Positions 1-12,507 of a stretch of DNA of 64,000 nucleotides are shown here, one piece after another. The position numbers and the translations under genes are program-made. The notes below the pieces were generated by a model, which saw only the letters and a list, made by a program, of their open reading frames with translations, was not told the DNA's origin and made no database searches. The DNA comes from Setoptus koraiensis (lineage: Eukaryota > Animalia > Arthropoda), in NCBI GenBank assembly GCA_048013815.1, contig CM106586.1, positions 14,012,001 through 14,076,000 of the forward strand, given 5' to 3'. Numbering within the stretch: position 1 is the stretch's first letter; each line of letters opens with the position of its first letter.

Positions 1-1153
1 GTTGCTATTCCTCTCGCTATATCTATATCCACTTGCTATATCTGCTAGTGATTCAGCAAGTGTTAATATACATTTATAATATAATCAACGTAATAACAAT
101 CAACAATTTAAACGATTTCTTCAGTGTGCATTCGCACACACACACACACACACGCACACAACAGGTAATTAATGTAGTAGATAATCCGCGTGCGCTATCT
201 GCAAATGTCATAATAATATCAAAATATCATCTTTATCATTGTTATTAATATTATCATGAATATGGTAGCGTGCTAGCTTGTGTGTGTGTGTGTGTGTTGC
301 TCTCTAATTTATTAATTATCACCACTAAACTCGGCCGGCAGATAACTAACCCTTTTTACAGTAGTTACACGCGCACACACTCACACAATTATAATTAATT
401 GTTGTTCACCTTGTTCTAGTTTATCCGTTTGGGCTCCGTTGATTTGAGACGCGCAACTAGGTGATGATTGCGCAATCGTGAATTGTTGCGCAATTGGCTT
501 CGTTTGATCGGCAAGTGGCTCGACAGGTGCCTCGACAGGTAAGTGTGCGTGTGTGTGTTTTCTCATTGTTGTTTATGGATATATTAGAGTGTGTGTGTGT
601 GTGTGTGTGTGAGCCTCTTGAGCATCCACAGGAACGACTTGTCGCTTACAACACGCCAGACAACTGAGCACGCACTTGTGGTTTGTACAATTATTACATT
701 TGTGTTGGTGTGTGTGTGTGTGTGTGTGTGTCTAAATAAATGTTGGGTGGTGTTCAATTATCAATATTATGATTATGTATTAATATTATCTATATCTACA
801 TATAGATATTATATAATAATATAGGATATTTTTCTTCTTTCAAGTGGTGTGTTGATTGCGAAGACTTGTTTACTCTTGGTTGTGTGTTGTTTTCAGCATC
901 GGCATCATCGTCGTCATCGTACACTTCTGATAATAGTATCTATTTCATTATTATTCATTAATAATAATGATAACATGGTTATAGTGTGCTCATAATATCT
1001 TTGTCTATTTACAATTGCATTTACATGTAAACCGTTGTTGCTTGAAGTTTGCGCGCCGCCATCCTATTCATCTTATCTGTTTTATTACATCATTACATCA
1101 TGTAATTCACATGTCACATTTGTGTTTGTGTAGCTAGTTTGGCCAAGATGATT

Positions 1154-1192
<39 letters not shown>

Positions 1193-2481
1193 TCACCAGT
1201 GCATTATTACCAATGTCCGTCGGTATAATCCGTCAGACGGGACAAGTTCAATAATTCGACGTTGAATGGCGCTGGCGTATTTGGCAATAGAAACATTGAC
1301 GGGCCCCAATCAAATGACACTATCAATATGTCAGCTGATTGTGGTCAATTTTCCCTCGTTATCATTATTAAACAACAACATGAATATGAATGATGGGCGC
1401 TATAGTTTCGCGTTGTTTCTCAGCACATTGTGAGAACATTGTAATTACATAAGCCCCTTCAATGGTGAGATGGGTCAAGTAAGGTAGCTCGATGTGTGTG
1501 TGTGTGTGTGTGTGTGTGTTTGTGTACAATTGATTGTTATGAATAATTGATAATAGAACTGAATAGTCGTTTCTCTCATTAAATCACAGCTATAAATTAT
1601 GATTATCGACAATTTAGTACGACGATGGCTAATTATCTCTAATAGTGATTATTGTATTTGTGTGGATATTATTATATATCATGTAATAATGTAATTACTG
1701 TGTGTGTGTGTGTGTGTGTGAGTAATAGTCTTGTGGTATAGGGCTGATCACTGGCCTTTAATCGATCAACTAGCGGTTATACTTTGATTAGATAACTGGC
1801 AACCAATTGAGCGTATGACCAATCAGTGATATAAGTGTGCTGATAGATGGCCAATCATTGCTTAAGTCTTCTTCTTATAATTAGTTTTAATTAGTTATAG
1901 TCATATTTATGCGCCAATATATTCATATATTCACTATATATATATATAAATGTGCTGATTGCTAATTACATAATGCGTTCACATGGCGAGGCCACACATA
2001 AACGCATCGTTTTCGTTGACAACAATATGTGGATATTTGTCACGGTGCGTTCAATTAGTTCGTTCAATTAGACCCCATTTCGAGATATCAATTTCCTGTC
2101 AGTCCATGATATAATCATCAGTTGTGCGATTGATAGTGATGGGTCGGGCTAATTGATAATTAGTATTTTTAGTAATTGTTGTGTGTTGCTGAGATTTGCT
2201 CCTGCTGGCAGCGACGGTGCGCATGTCAACTGTCGACCTGTGACTGTCGACCAATTTGGGGCCCCCGTTAAAGTATAAGGCCAAACAATAAAGGTATCTA
2301 GTGCTAGCGGCCAGTGGCTGGTGGCCAGTGGCTAGTGTAAAGTATAAGGTAACTATAATAGTCGAGGGTTAATGATGCCGATTAATTAATGATGCCGATT
2401 AATTAATTATGCTGAATTAATTACACGTAACGAAGAATTTGTTTTGTTTTGTTTTGTTGTGCTATGTTTTGTTTTGTTGTT
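1..2481 (-). other. AT-rich 3' UTR / downstream flank of the ZNF704-family gene, rich in (CA/GT)n
   Basis: Lies directly after the TGA at 2484-2482 and is visibly more AT-rich than the intron. Candidate minus-strand AATAAA signals at 1081-1086 and 308-313. The real 3' end is unknown. Confidence 0.45.
1157..1189. repeat. (CA)n microsatellite
   Basis: Uninterrupted CA run; similar runs near 136, 590, 711, 1493, 1698. Confidence 0.95.
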
Positions 2482-5400
2482 TCAATCAATAAATCTAGAA
2501 CAGGCCTTCTTCCATTTGCATTGCGTGCACCACGATTCGCGCCTCTCCATACCGTAAACTTTGCGGCACTTGCGGCTCTCACCTCGGCCTCGTTTGCCCA
2601 CGGAAGATCCAGAACTTCCGTTTGTGAGGCTGCCAATGGGCACTAGAGTGGACTTGGTTTTAATGGATTGTGTGTGTAGGTTATTATTGGTTAATCCTGA
2701 ATTGTTATTATTGCTGTTGTTTGTCGTCTTACTGCTGCTGTATTGGTGGACTAAATGATGATGATGTGAGCGGTTGTGAGTGTAATCATGATGATTACTA
2801 TTGGAGTGACCGTTATGTAATGTATGTTGTTGCTTTTGGGCCAGCGATAATGCCGACGAGTGATGCGACAATTTTGTTGTTTGTTGTTTCGTTAATTGTC
2901 CGCCAACAGACAACAACGGACTGAGTGGGGCCGACGAGGGCAACGACGGCGACGACAGCATCTCGTGACAAGTGGCCAGCGCCAAACTGTTCAGTCTGTT
3001 CTGACGTAATCCAATCAACGATGACGCAATCAATGATTGCTCCTGATTAATTAGTGACTGTTGGTGTGCCTGTTCCGCATCGGACAGTTGCGTTGCGTAA
3101 CCAACAACAAGTTGCTGCTGCTGCGTTGCATCAATCATACAAGCCGATTGTTGTTGTTGTTGTTGTTGTTTCAGTGACGACGATTTGTTTGTTGCGTAAG
3201 TTCGCGTTGAATTACTCAGCTGATCGGTGCCGTTCACCAGTATGGCTGCTGAAAGATTCATTGGTAACATTTGGCCATTGACGTGACCACCGTTGCTCAT
3301 GTGACCGTTGACTTGGCTCGCTTGATTATTGTAATGATCAATGAGATCTAAATCAATTGCGTCATCGGTGGCCGTAACTAATTGTTTGTTTGTTCCGTTG
3401 GCTAATCTCTGGCTGCTGCTGCCGAAATTTCCACTTGTTCGCTTGCGTGTCTCTATGTCGTCGTCGAGATCTAAATCGATGTCGTCAACGTAATCGTCAC
3501 CGTCGCTGTTTGTTATTGTTGGCCGAGATTTGCATTTACCGTTACTCAAGCGCCTGCTGTGTTTTGTCGTTGTTGTCATGTTGTTCGTGTTGTTCAGTTT
3601 GTTGTTGTCGTCTAGATAGTCGTCGTCCATGCCAACCAAATCGTCGTCGTCGTCCATGTCAAAATCAATGTCGTCGTCGTCGTTGTTGTTGTCATAATTG
3701 TCGTTGTTGTCATCAATCAATTGTTTGCCATTGTTGCGCTTGTCCTGGCGCGTCGACTTGCCGCTCGCCTTCTTATTGCCCCTGCCTGTCGTCGTGCTGT
3801 TGCTGTCACCTGTTGCACCTCTCACCTGTTGTTGTTGCTGTTGTTGTTGCTGTTGTTGCTGCTGTTGTTGCTGCTGTTGCTGTTGTTGTTGTTGTTGTTG
3901 CAGTTCTTTGGCCGCCAATTTCGCGGACAGACGCAGTCTGTTCAACTGAGCCCTCTGTTTGCGTTGCTGCTGCAGTGTCAGCGGCGACGATGCGCCGTCT
4001 CGATCGTTGGGCGACTCCTCGATGCCGTTACAATGATGCTTTGAGCCGCCCCTCGAGCCCCTCGTTGATTGCGTCGCGGCGTAATTGGCTGTCGCGGACG
4101 TAGTTGTTTGGGGCGCCGCTTGTTGGGCAGCCGTTTCGCCCCTTTTGGCCGAGTTTCGTTTCGAGCGACCCGTAGTGGAGCAGGACTTTTGACTTGAAGC
4201 TCGCGCCTGAGCGCCGGGTATATTTATAGGCAACGAACGATTTATTTGGCCACTCTTTTGCTTGCCCTGCTGCTGCTGCGGCTGATTATGTAATCTATCT
4301 GTAATGTAATGCTGCTGCGATTGCTGCATGAAGAATATGGGCTGATGATGCTGAATTGCGTAATCGTAATCCATCGCAGTGGAGTTGTTGTTGTTGTTGT
4401 TGCTCGACAGGTGATCCAAATGCTGACGCTTGTTTGCGTGCTGCTGCTTGTTTCCGGTCGCCTTGCCGGCCGTCGTCATTATTTGCTGCTTTTGGCCGTT
4501 GTAGGCCGACGTCATGGTCGTAATGAGGCCCGCAATGGTGGCCGCCTGGTTGCAATGGTGATTCAAATGAATATGCTTAGAGGTGTCGACGTTTGTGGAC
4601 GACGACGAGCACGTGCTGTCGCCCGTGCTAAAGCCACTTGTGGTTGTGGCGTCGGTTGGCGGCGACGACGAGCCAGATAACGAGGGCGACGATGACGAGG
4701 ATGACGATATCGATGACGAAGACGAAGACGATATGTTCAACGGGGACAACAGCAACCTGTTTTGTTGCTTTTGTGCCGTTGTCGTTGTTGTTGTGGCCGC
4801 TGTTGCGCCGTTTGCATAATTGTTGCTAATCATAGTTTGTTGTTGCTTGTCGTTCAACATTTGCAATTCAATATCTTTGGCAGATGATATCATTTGGTGG
4901 TGATTTATTGGACCGTTGAAACTGTTGTTATTATCCAAATTGTTTATTGCCTGCGCGCCCGCTGAAAGCCTCTGATGATAATTTTGTCTGTGACCGGCGC
5001 TAGATGGCGCCCTGCCCCGGCCGCGTCTCCCCGTTGACGTAACCGTACCATTAGTTGTTGACCTCCTATTGTTTGTTGCCGTTTCCGTTTTGGTGGCCGT
5101 TGTTACGTAATTCGGATGCGCAGTTGAGCCGTAATTGTGGTCCAACGATGCGTGCACCAAGGGACTGTCCAAATTGAGAAAGTGTCTAGAGTTTATAAAG
5201 TAGCCGTTAGTCTGATCAGCTGATGTTGTTGTTGTTGTTGTTGAGCCATTTACGGTGTTATCTGTCAAATGTTGTTGCGTCATGGGATGCGCGTTTATTT
5301 GCATCTGAAACTGCAGCAATTGATCAGCTGTGCCCTTGTTGGCGCTGTCGTGATTTGAGGCCACATACAGGCTGTTTAAGTCATTGAGTGACGATGTCAA

Positions 5401-5761
5401 CGAGTGATGATGATTGTCGCTGTTGTACTGTTGTTGCTGTTGTTGTTGTTGTTGTTGTTGTTGTTGCTGGTGGTGTGCCAGTGGCGACAAATACGGCGAC
5501 TGCCACTGCTGATGATGATTATGATGCGCTAAATGATGATTATTGTTGTGTAACATTGACATTGGCATAGACATTGAGTTGCTCAACGACGACATTGGCG
5601 ATTGTGACATCACCGAGGCAGACGACGACGAGCACAGGTCGCTGGGCGTAGGCGATGGCGGCAATTGGCTCAAATTGAACATTGACATGTAGGTCACAAT
5701 GTCCACTTCCGTTTCGTTGTAGTAAAAGTCCTCGTCGCCCACCGATTCCAGTTGCATAGGC
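2482..5761 (-). CDS. ZNF704: Terminal coding exon of a ZNF704/ZNF395/SLC2A4RG (Glut4EF)-family C-clamp zinc-finger transcription factor
   Basis: Long open frame ending [33 protein letters not shown], the C-clamp (CR3) C-terminus of this family. It begins with [19 protein letters not shown], matching the family E/D-DFYY motif that follows the zinc finger. Acceptor ...GCTAATCTCCCGCATCCAATCCTTTATTCCAACGCCAACAG|G has a CTAAT branch point, pyrimidine tract and AG at 5763-5762. The symbol is a family-level assignment; orthology to ZNF704 versus ZNF395 is not resolved. Confidence 0.92.
2485..2595 (-). other. C-clamp DNA-binding domain coding region (basic stretch plus four Cys)
   Basis: [37 protein letters not shown]: C-RKVYGM...W-C-xx-C-x-WKK-x-C, as in ZNF395/ZNF704/SLC2A4RG and E-tail TCF proteins. 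Confidence 0.93.
3826..3900 (-). repeat. Coding CAA/CAG repeat, 25-residue polyglutamine tract
   Basis: 75 nt of mixed TTG/CTG on + strand between the codons for KEL and VRG. Confidence 0.95.
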
Positions 5762-7186
5762 CTGTTGGCGTTGGAATAAAGGATTGGATGCGGGAGATTA
5801 GCGATTTTGTTCACATTCGGATGGGCGCTCGATGGGCGCTGGATGGCATGCAAAGTGATGCTAGCATAATGACGCGCGGCCGGCCGCGCAACGGATAATT
5901 AGCAATGATTAATTATCGCCGGCCTCTCACTGTTGTTATGAGTGGCTGCATCAGCGTGCTGAGTGGCGCACCGACAACCATTTCTGGCGGCTTTTGTCTG
6001 CGATTGCCAGTGGGGCGCGGATAAAAGAAAATCGCAAATTGACAAATGCAAACGATCGACTAACTGATTGATTCAATGCGCGCCAACGGTGGGCCCATTG
6101 TGTCAGCGGTGTGGTGCCAGCGGCAATCGCTGGCCCCTCAATGACACCTCGGCATCGGTGGCAGCGACATCTACAGTCGGCTCCAAATTGGCAGCCGGCG
6201 ACCATTTCAATTTCGAGTGGCCGCTTCAATCCTTTCTCATGGTCATAAATCATTGGCTCACGCGGCCCGCTATCTAGTCGCGCGGCCCCATACGCTGACG
6301 ATGTGGGCTCAATAGTACTCAATAGGCGAGAGTAGTGCGCGCTCGTCGGGGGTCACCGACCCCCGGCGTCTATCAGTGCGGCCCGCGGTGTGCATTGCGG
6401 GCAAGCACTGATTTTGGAGCGGCGCGCCGGGCGGCCAAAATCGCTCAAAATCATCAGTGTATCCGATATATATCCGCAGATGAGAATAGCAGCAGATCAA
6501 TTAAGCACATTCTGGCGCTCGCCAGCCACTCACATGCCGGCTGGGCGCAATTGAAGCGATTCGAGCCAGCGGGCCGCCATTCCATTTGGCGCCCCCCGTT
6601 TTATCGCTCGCTCCGCAAATGAATGTCGGCCCGTCTGTCTGTGGCTGGCCCCCCCCATTTGAGCGTGTGCCATTGAGTTGCAATCATCAGCATCACTGGC
6701 ATTCGGTCACAAAAGGCTTAACAACCATCAATCAATCAGTGGCATTCGGACACTTCGGGCCGGCGGGGCCCGGCTGACGCGCACTGGCGAACGCCCGTTC
6801 CGGCCCAGCTCAACAATTAATCAAGGTGGCTGCGTGCGGCGCCCAGAAGCTCCAAAGCGCCCGCCCGGCCTAATCTGTTCAACAGATTCTGTTGTTGCGA
6901 GCCGGCCCCTTCAGTGGGTCGCCGGCAACGGTAGCTGGCTGGCGCCCGTTTGCTGGCCAGCAGTAACGATGCACCGGCAACAAGATGGCGCTGTGGGCGC
7001 ACAACACGGGCCGGCCCTCATTAGGCTGGTTGCCGTTGAGTTGCGTTGTCAGTGGGCGCCGCCGCTTCGCTTGCCGACTGGCGGCACCAGCCGACAACAA
7101 TCGCCGGCCCACTAATTGCTGCCAATAAAAGTGAGCACTCAATTGTTGTGAGCCGGCCAGCTCGCGCCCATGCCCCGAGAGGGCGC

Positions 7187-7247
7187 CCCGTGCACCGCTC
7201 CGACCCGTGCACCGCTCCGACCCGTGCACCGCTCCGACCCGTGCACC
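7187..7247. repeat. 17-bp tandem repeat, about 3.6 copies
   Basis: Unit CCCGTGCACCGCTCCGA. Confidence 0.92.
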
Positions 7248-10200
7248 ACGCCAACCCGCGCAGCCCCTTATCCCTTTATCCGCAAAACAGAGGCCCGATG
7301 AGGCAGGCCAGGGATAAAGCGGCACCAGAGGCTGGCGGCAAAATATGGCCCCTGGCTAGATTAGCGACGGGCTATATCTCATCAATTGCGGGCCGGCGAG
7401 CGAGCGCTCGTGCCGCGCGGCGCCCCTCTAACAAGTGCAAGGGCACCACGTTAATCGCCGGCCGTGCCCTCCGGGCGCCTCTTTATACAACGTGTACTGG
7501 TGCACGGTTGTGCACGTTGTATATGTTGTTTGTACATGTACACACTGGCGCATATGTTGTTAGGCCGACGTTAGCGTTGGGGCGCCCGGCACAACAAGGC
7601 CACGACAAAATGCTGGTAAATACTATTTGCTGAGCGGCGGGCCCCGCGCTGGCGATGGGCGGAATGTTGCTGCCAATTGTTTGCCGATGTCGCCGATAAG
7701 TTGCGGCCAGCGGCTGTGCCCGACTCGCCGGCCCGGCTCGCCGCACGCTAGGCAGCCAGTTGTACAGTGTTGCAGTTGGCCAGAGCCGGCCCGGCCGGCG
7801 GGGCCCCGGCGATCAGCCAGCACATGCGACGGCTCAAAGCGAGCGACCGTTTTAAAACGAAAACAAAGCCGCGCGCGCTTGTAATAATCTGTCGTGATTT
7901 AGTTGTCATTCAAGTTCATTTGTTTCGCCGCTATACTATGTTCAAAATAGTATGTTGGGGTGCACCCCGTTAGCTCGCCCACTTGCGCAATCCGGCGCAT
8001 TGTGCCCATTATCCACCAGCGGCTATAAATTACACAATATACGCGCAGCAACGGCAATCCAGATAATAGGAGCTTGTAAGCTTGTAAAACAGCCGGCACA
8101 AACGGGGCGCCGGCGAGGGCCGCGCCAAATGGCGGAAATCAAATCGACGCCGACTAACATGATAATGACTTCTAAATGGACGTCAGATGGGCCGCTCTGG
8201 CGCGCGGTTCCCGGCCGACGCCGGCGCCGCTGCCGCTGCCAAATTGTGTAGTGGCAGAAACATAAAACTTTTTTTTCGTTTACAAGTCAATTAATGTCAA
8301 AACATTAGTTATATACACAACCGGCGGCGACAGTCATCAATTGTGTCCCCCCGCTCGCTTTTTGCGACATTTTGCGCCTGCAGTGCCAATGGCATTGCGT
8401 CATTTGGCCCGGCCCGGCGCCGCTCGCTGGCCCGCCGGCCGGCCGGTGGGCCCGTTCGAAGCGACTCGAAGCCGACGTTACGCAATGGGCGCCCTCCCCC
8501 CCCCCAATTCGGCGGCGCTGCTGAGGCTGCTGGAGCGACCCGTTGCGGCAATCGCAAAGTGCTCGCAGCAACGGGGCCCGGCGGCTCATTAGCGTTGCGC
8601 GCGCGACACACCGTTGCGCAGCGCTGTTAAAATTTAAGTTGAATTCAGCGTTCCAGTTGCACGTTCCAATCGGCGGGCCGGCATTGTCGAAATGGGGGGG
8701 GGGGGCGCCCGTTGCGTAACGGCGCGCTCGTTCGAATTCGAATTTGAGTTCGAGCTCGCGTTCGAATAGCGGCGCCCCAGCAGCGCCAGCAGAAATTCGA
8801 ATCCGCGCCACTGCCTGCCTGGCCACAAATCGAGCGCACCTAAACGCCCGAACAGCAGCGCCGCCTAATGAGCCCACACTTCCTGTCTGGCGCCGTTGAG
8901 TGCCATTAATTGAATGCGTTGCTGCCGGGCCGGCCGGCCGGCCGTTTTGCCGTTCCGCTGTGTTGCGCGGGCCGGCCGGCCGACCGGTCGGGCAGCCATG
9001 GGCGCGCCGCTGGCAACCGTGAGCGGGGCCAGTTTAATTTTGGGCCCGTCCATTACCAGGCCAGTGATATTATTGCATATTATTTATTTATTTGTGCGCG
9101 CCAATATCACCGATATCACTGGCGCATGTACTCGGCGCCCGCAATCGGCCGCGCCGGGCCCCATTTGCGCTGACTGCACACTATTAAGTGAGCGGGCCCG
9201 AATTGCGCAAACAGTAATAAGTGCGCGCCTGGCAATATACGCGGCCGAGGGGCCTCAGCGCCGGCCACTACTGGATATTTATGTTTATCTACATCAGTAT
9301 TTATATCAGTTTAAAGTTGTTGTTTGCTCTGTTGCGCCATTGCACTCTTGTAATTGGGCCCGTTGCCTTCGCGGCGCGCACAATAAAAGTGGTCAAACAC
9401 GCCCGACGAGCCGTTCTTGTGCCGTTCGTGATTGCGCTCGGGCTGCGCACGCCGGCGAGCGGCCGGCCGGTCGGGTCCGGCCCGGCGCTCGGGTTGCAGC
9501 AACTGCATGTTAACTCCATGTTGGGGGGCCGCCATGGAAACGAGGCGACGCTTATCACATGTCAACGACATGTCCGCACTCGCTCTCTAATTTATGGCCG
9601 GCCACCATTGTGCCGCTCTGTGTCATCATGCGATTATTGCATGCTCTTTGGCACCGTTTTGTGTCGGCGTGCGTGTGCGTGTGCGGCGCGCGCTAAATTG
9701 CGCCCTCCGCTCGAACGCTCCGAGCGCTTATTTTGGCGGCGGCCCGCCCGATTTTACAGTTACACAGATTGTGTTGTCTGTCAGTTTGTCACACGACAAA
9801 CAAATCGAGCCACCATAACGGTACAATAAACCGGCAAACAGACGGGCCCAAACATGCCCAACACCCCACACCCCATGCCCGTCCAAATATGCGCCCGTGC
9901 GAGGCCAGTGTGAAGACGGGCCCGCGAGATTGAGCCCAACAGCACGAAATATGAAGAATTATGGCCGACAATTGAATATTATTGAGCGCCGGCTCACTTC
10001 CGGGTGCCAGAAACAAGTTTAAATTGGGGCCCGTGAGCTGTCAAACTGGGCCCCAATTTAACTGGGCCACTTGTCGGCGGCCGGCCGGCCGCCGGCCGCC
10101 GGTCGTCGGCTGTCAGCGGCGTCCGCCCAAACAGTTTGGCAGCCAAACTTTGGCTGGCGGCCGCTCCGTCGGGTAAAATGCCAAAATGTCTGCAAAATGT

Positions 10201-12441
10201 CAAATTGGCACCGTAGTTCAACTATTTGCTTGCTGCCGCCGGCGCCGGCCCGACGCCGGTGTCGTGGCCCACGAATCGTGGGCTGGCTGACACTTGTGCA
10301 AAAAGGTGCCCGCTCAAATATTGACCACTGGAGCGAAAATTCGCCGCGCCGCCGCTGCGAAGGGATACGGGGCACACTCGTCAATTGAAACATTATCTAA
10401 TGTGGCGCTGGCAAAAGCGATAGCTAGACTATAAGAATATCTATCTGATAGACGCTCATTTTTCTAAATGAGCGGACATTTGAGCGGCACTGGGGCGCTT
10501 GCGACGCTCGATGCGCCCCAGCGCGACGGGTATGCAAAATGATGCAATTGTGCGCTGTCAATCAAGTGTAAAAACTAGAAAGTAAATTGGCAATTCGCAA
10601 ATTACAATGGCAACGAATTAGCGCAGTCGGATGGGCACGCGGGGCTTATCCGCAAATGTCCGTCCCTATATCCACATACATGAATGTCTATATATATCCG
10701 CGTATACAGATAATGGGTGGGCCCCGAGAACAGGTTGCTGTCAAAAATAATTTCTCGGCTGGCAGCCGGTACGGCAAGTTGAATTTGGCAGGCCGAGGCT
10801 CGCCAAATTCAACCAATTTGAATTTGTGAAAAAAATTCAAATTTTCAAATTCGCCACTCGTTGTGCGCCATTTGTCGTGTCATTACGTAACGTACACGTA
10901 ACGCGCGCGCGGGTTGTACAACAGCACGCGTTACGTTGTGCTATTTTTGCCGCTTCGCTTATCACTCTTGCAGCATGACACGAGCACACAATAGACTGTG
11001 GCGGCGCCCCTAATCTCGTCTCGTCTCGCGTATGATAATTTGCACGAGTAAGCCTGCCCGAAATAAAGCCGGCGCGTGCTACTCGCTCGGGCTACCTGTG
11101 CCAGTGGCGCGGCTAACCGGGCCTCGGTAACTCAGCTAACCGGGCCGTCGATAATCTTCTAGCGGGCGCCACTTGCTGGCACACTCAATGAGCCGCGCTG
11201 CCAGCCGGCCACATAATAGACCGGGCCGCACCGACAGCATGGCTCGAATATTGGCTCGAGCCGTTCCCCCCGGAACGTGCCAATATCTGGCTGCGCTCGC
11301 TCGCTCGCGAACGCCCGAGCGCCAGCCAGACGCGGGCCCCGCTCATACGCGCGCACGGGCCCCAATTGATCTCGCCTGATTGACACAGCCATACACAATC
11401 TATATTTGCCATGCAGCGCGACAACATGACACTTATGCATCGGGGCCGCCGCTTGTGGGGCCCCGTGGCACTGGCTAGCAGTTGCCGATATTTCGCCGCA
11501 CTGCTCACAAAAGTTGTCAGTGAAATATGGGCCCAAATCAGCGAGTGGCGGCCGGTGGCCGAGCGGCCGACGGCCGCTCGCCGGCGCCCCAGTAACGGAT
11601 CCGAGGTGATAGATTGGGTGCAAATTGTGTGCCGGTTGTTTGCTCGCTGCCGGTTGTGTCACCGGCGCACTTGTCGTGTCTATTGTCGGCCGTCACTCAA
11701 ATTACAATTCGCCTACAGTTTGCTCAATATTATGCGCCGCATTATCCGATCGGCGCTCGCCCGCTACGTCGGCCCGCTGGCTCGCTCGCTGCGTCGGCCC
11801 GCGCCCGCTCGTGCGGGCTCGTCGTGCGTTGCGCCGCCGAGCCAACGCGGCCCACCAAGAAGAGGCCGCGCCGTGTGCGCGATACGTCGGCCTGATGCGA
11901 CCAGAGCGCCTAGTTGCGCTCGCCGGTCACGTCGCTGCCGGCTGGAAGCGGACGCGCGGGCCGGCCGGCGGGCAACAACGGGCGAGAAGCGGACAAGCAC
12001 GGGCGAGGAGCGGACAAGCACGGGCAACAACGGGCAAGCGGCCATCCTGCTGCCGGGCAAAACGCCGGGCCCAGACGCAAGGGGGACAAGTGCGCAATGC
12101 AAACAGAGCGCGCGCTGCTTAAATTAGCCGGCAACGAGACAGCTCGAGCGCGCACTTGTCAGCTACTTTTGTCCTATCTGTCTGGCTATCTCGCTCGTGT
12201 GTACATATGTATATTGGCGTCTATATTGGCATTTATATCCGTCGATATTTATATATAAATGTGTACGCCAAATACGTATGCGGCCCCAAACATAGATGGC
12301 AGTGGCAGCAAATAATTGAGCGCACACAGGCAAGTAAACAATCTAATAAAGTCGACAAACAAATGCCACAGAGATAGACTCGAGATTCTTCGGCTCGGCG
12401 CCGGCCATGTTTATTATGTCGGCTTCGAGCGGCCGCTGGTC

Positions 12442-12507
12442 GCTCGTGCAAACTCGCGGCTCGTGCAAACTCGCGGCTCGTGCAAGCGCGCGGCTCGTGC
12501 AAACGCG
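12442..12507. repeat. 17-bp tandem repeat, about 4 copies
   Basis: Unit GCTCGTGCAAACTCGCG; later copies diverge. Confidence 0.9.

Noticed and set aside
3390-4829. Plus-strand ORFs (237, 123, 107 aa etc.) as an antisense gene
   Set aside because: They are shadows of the CAA/CAG-rich real exon (poly-C, -L, -V).
5762-5853. N-terminal 31 aa of the 1123-aa ORF as the true protein start
   Set aside because: This stretch contains the branch point, pyrimidine tract and AG, and splicing to the finger exon restores the family sequence. It is most likely intron.
5951-6322. Protein-like 123-aa minus-strand ORF as an extra exon
   Set aside because: TTG start, weak acceptor, no phase-compatible consensus donor and no family motif.
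8728-8768. Heat-shock element (repeated TTCGAA)
   Set aside because: An HSE needs alternating nGAAn pentamers (TTCnnGAA), and these have no 2-nt spacing.
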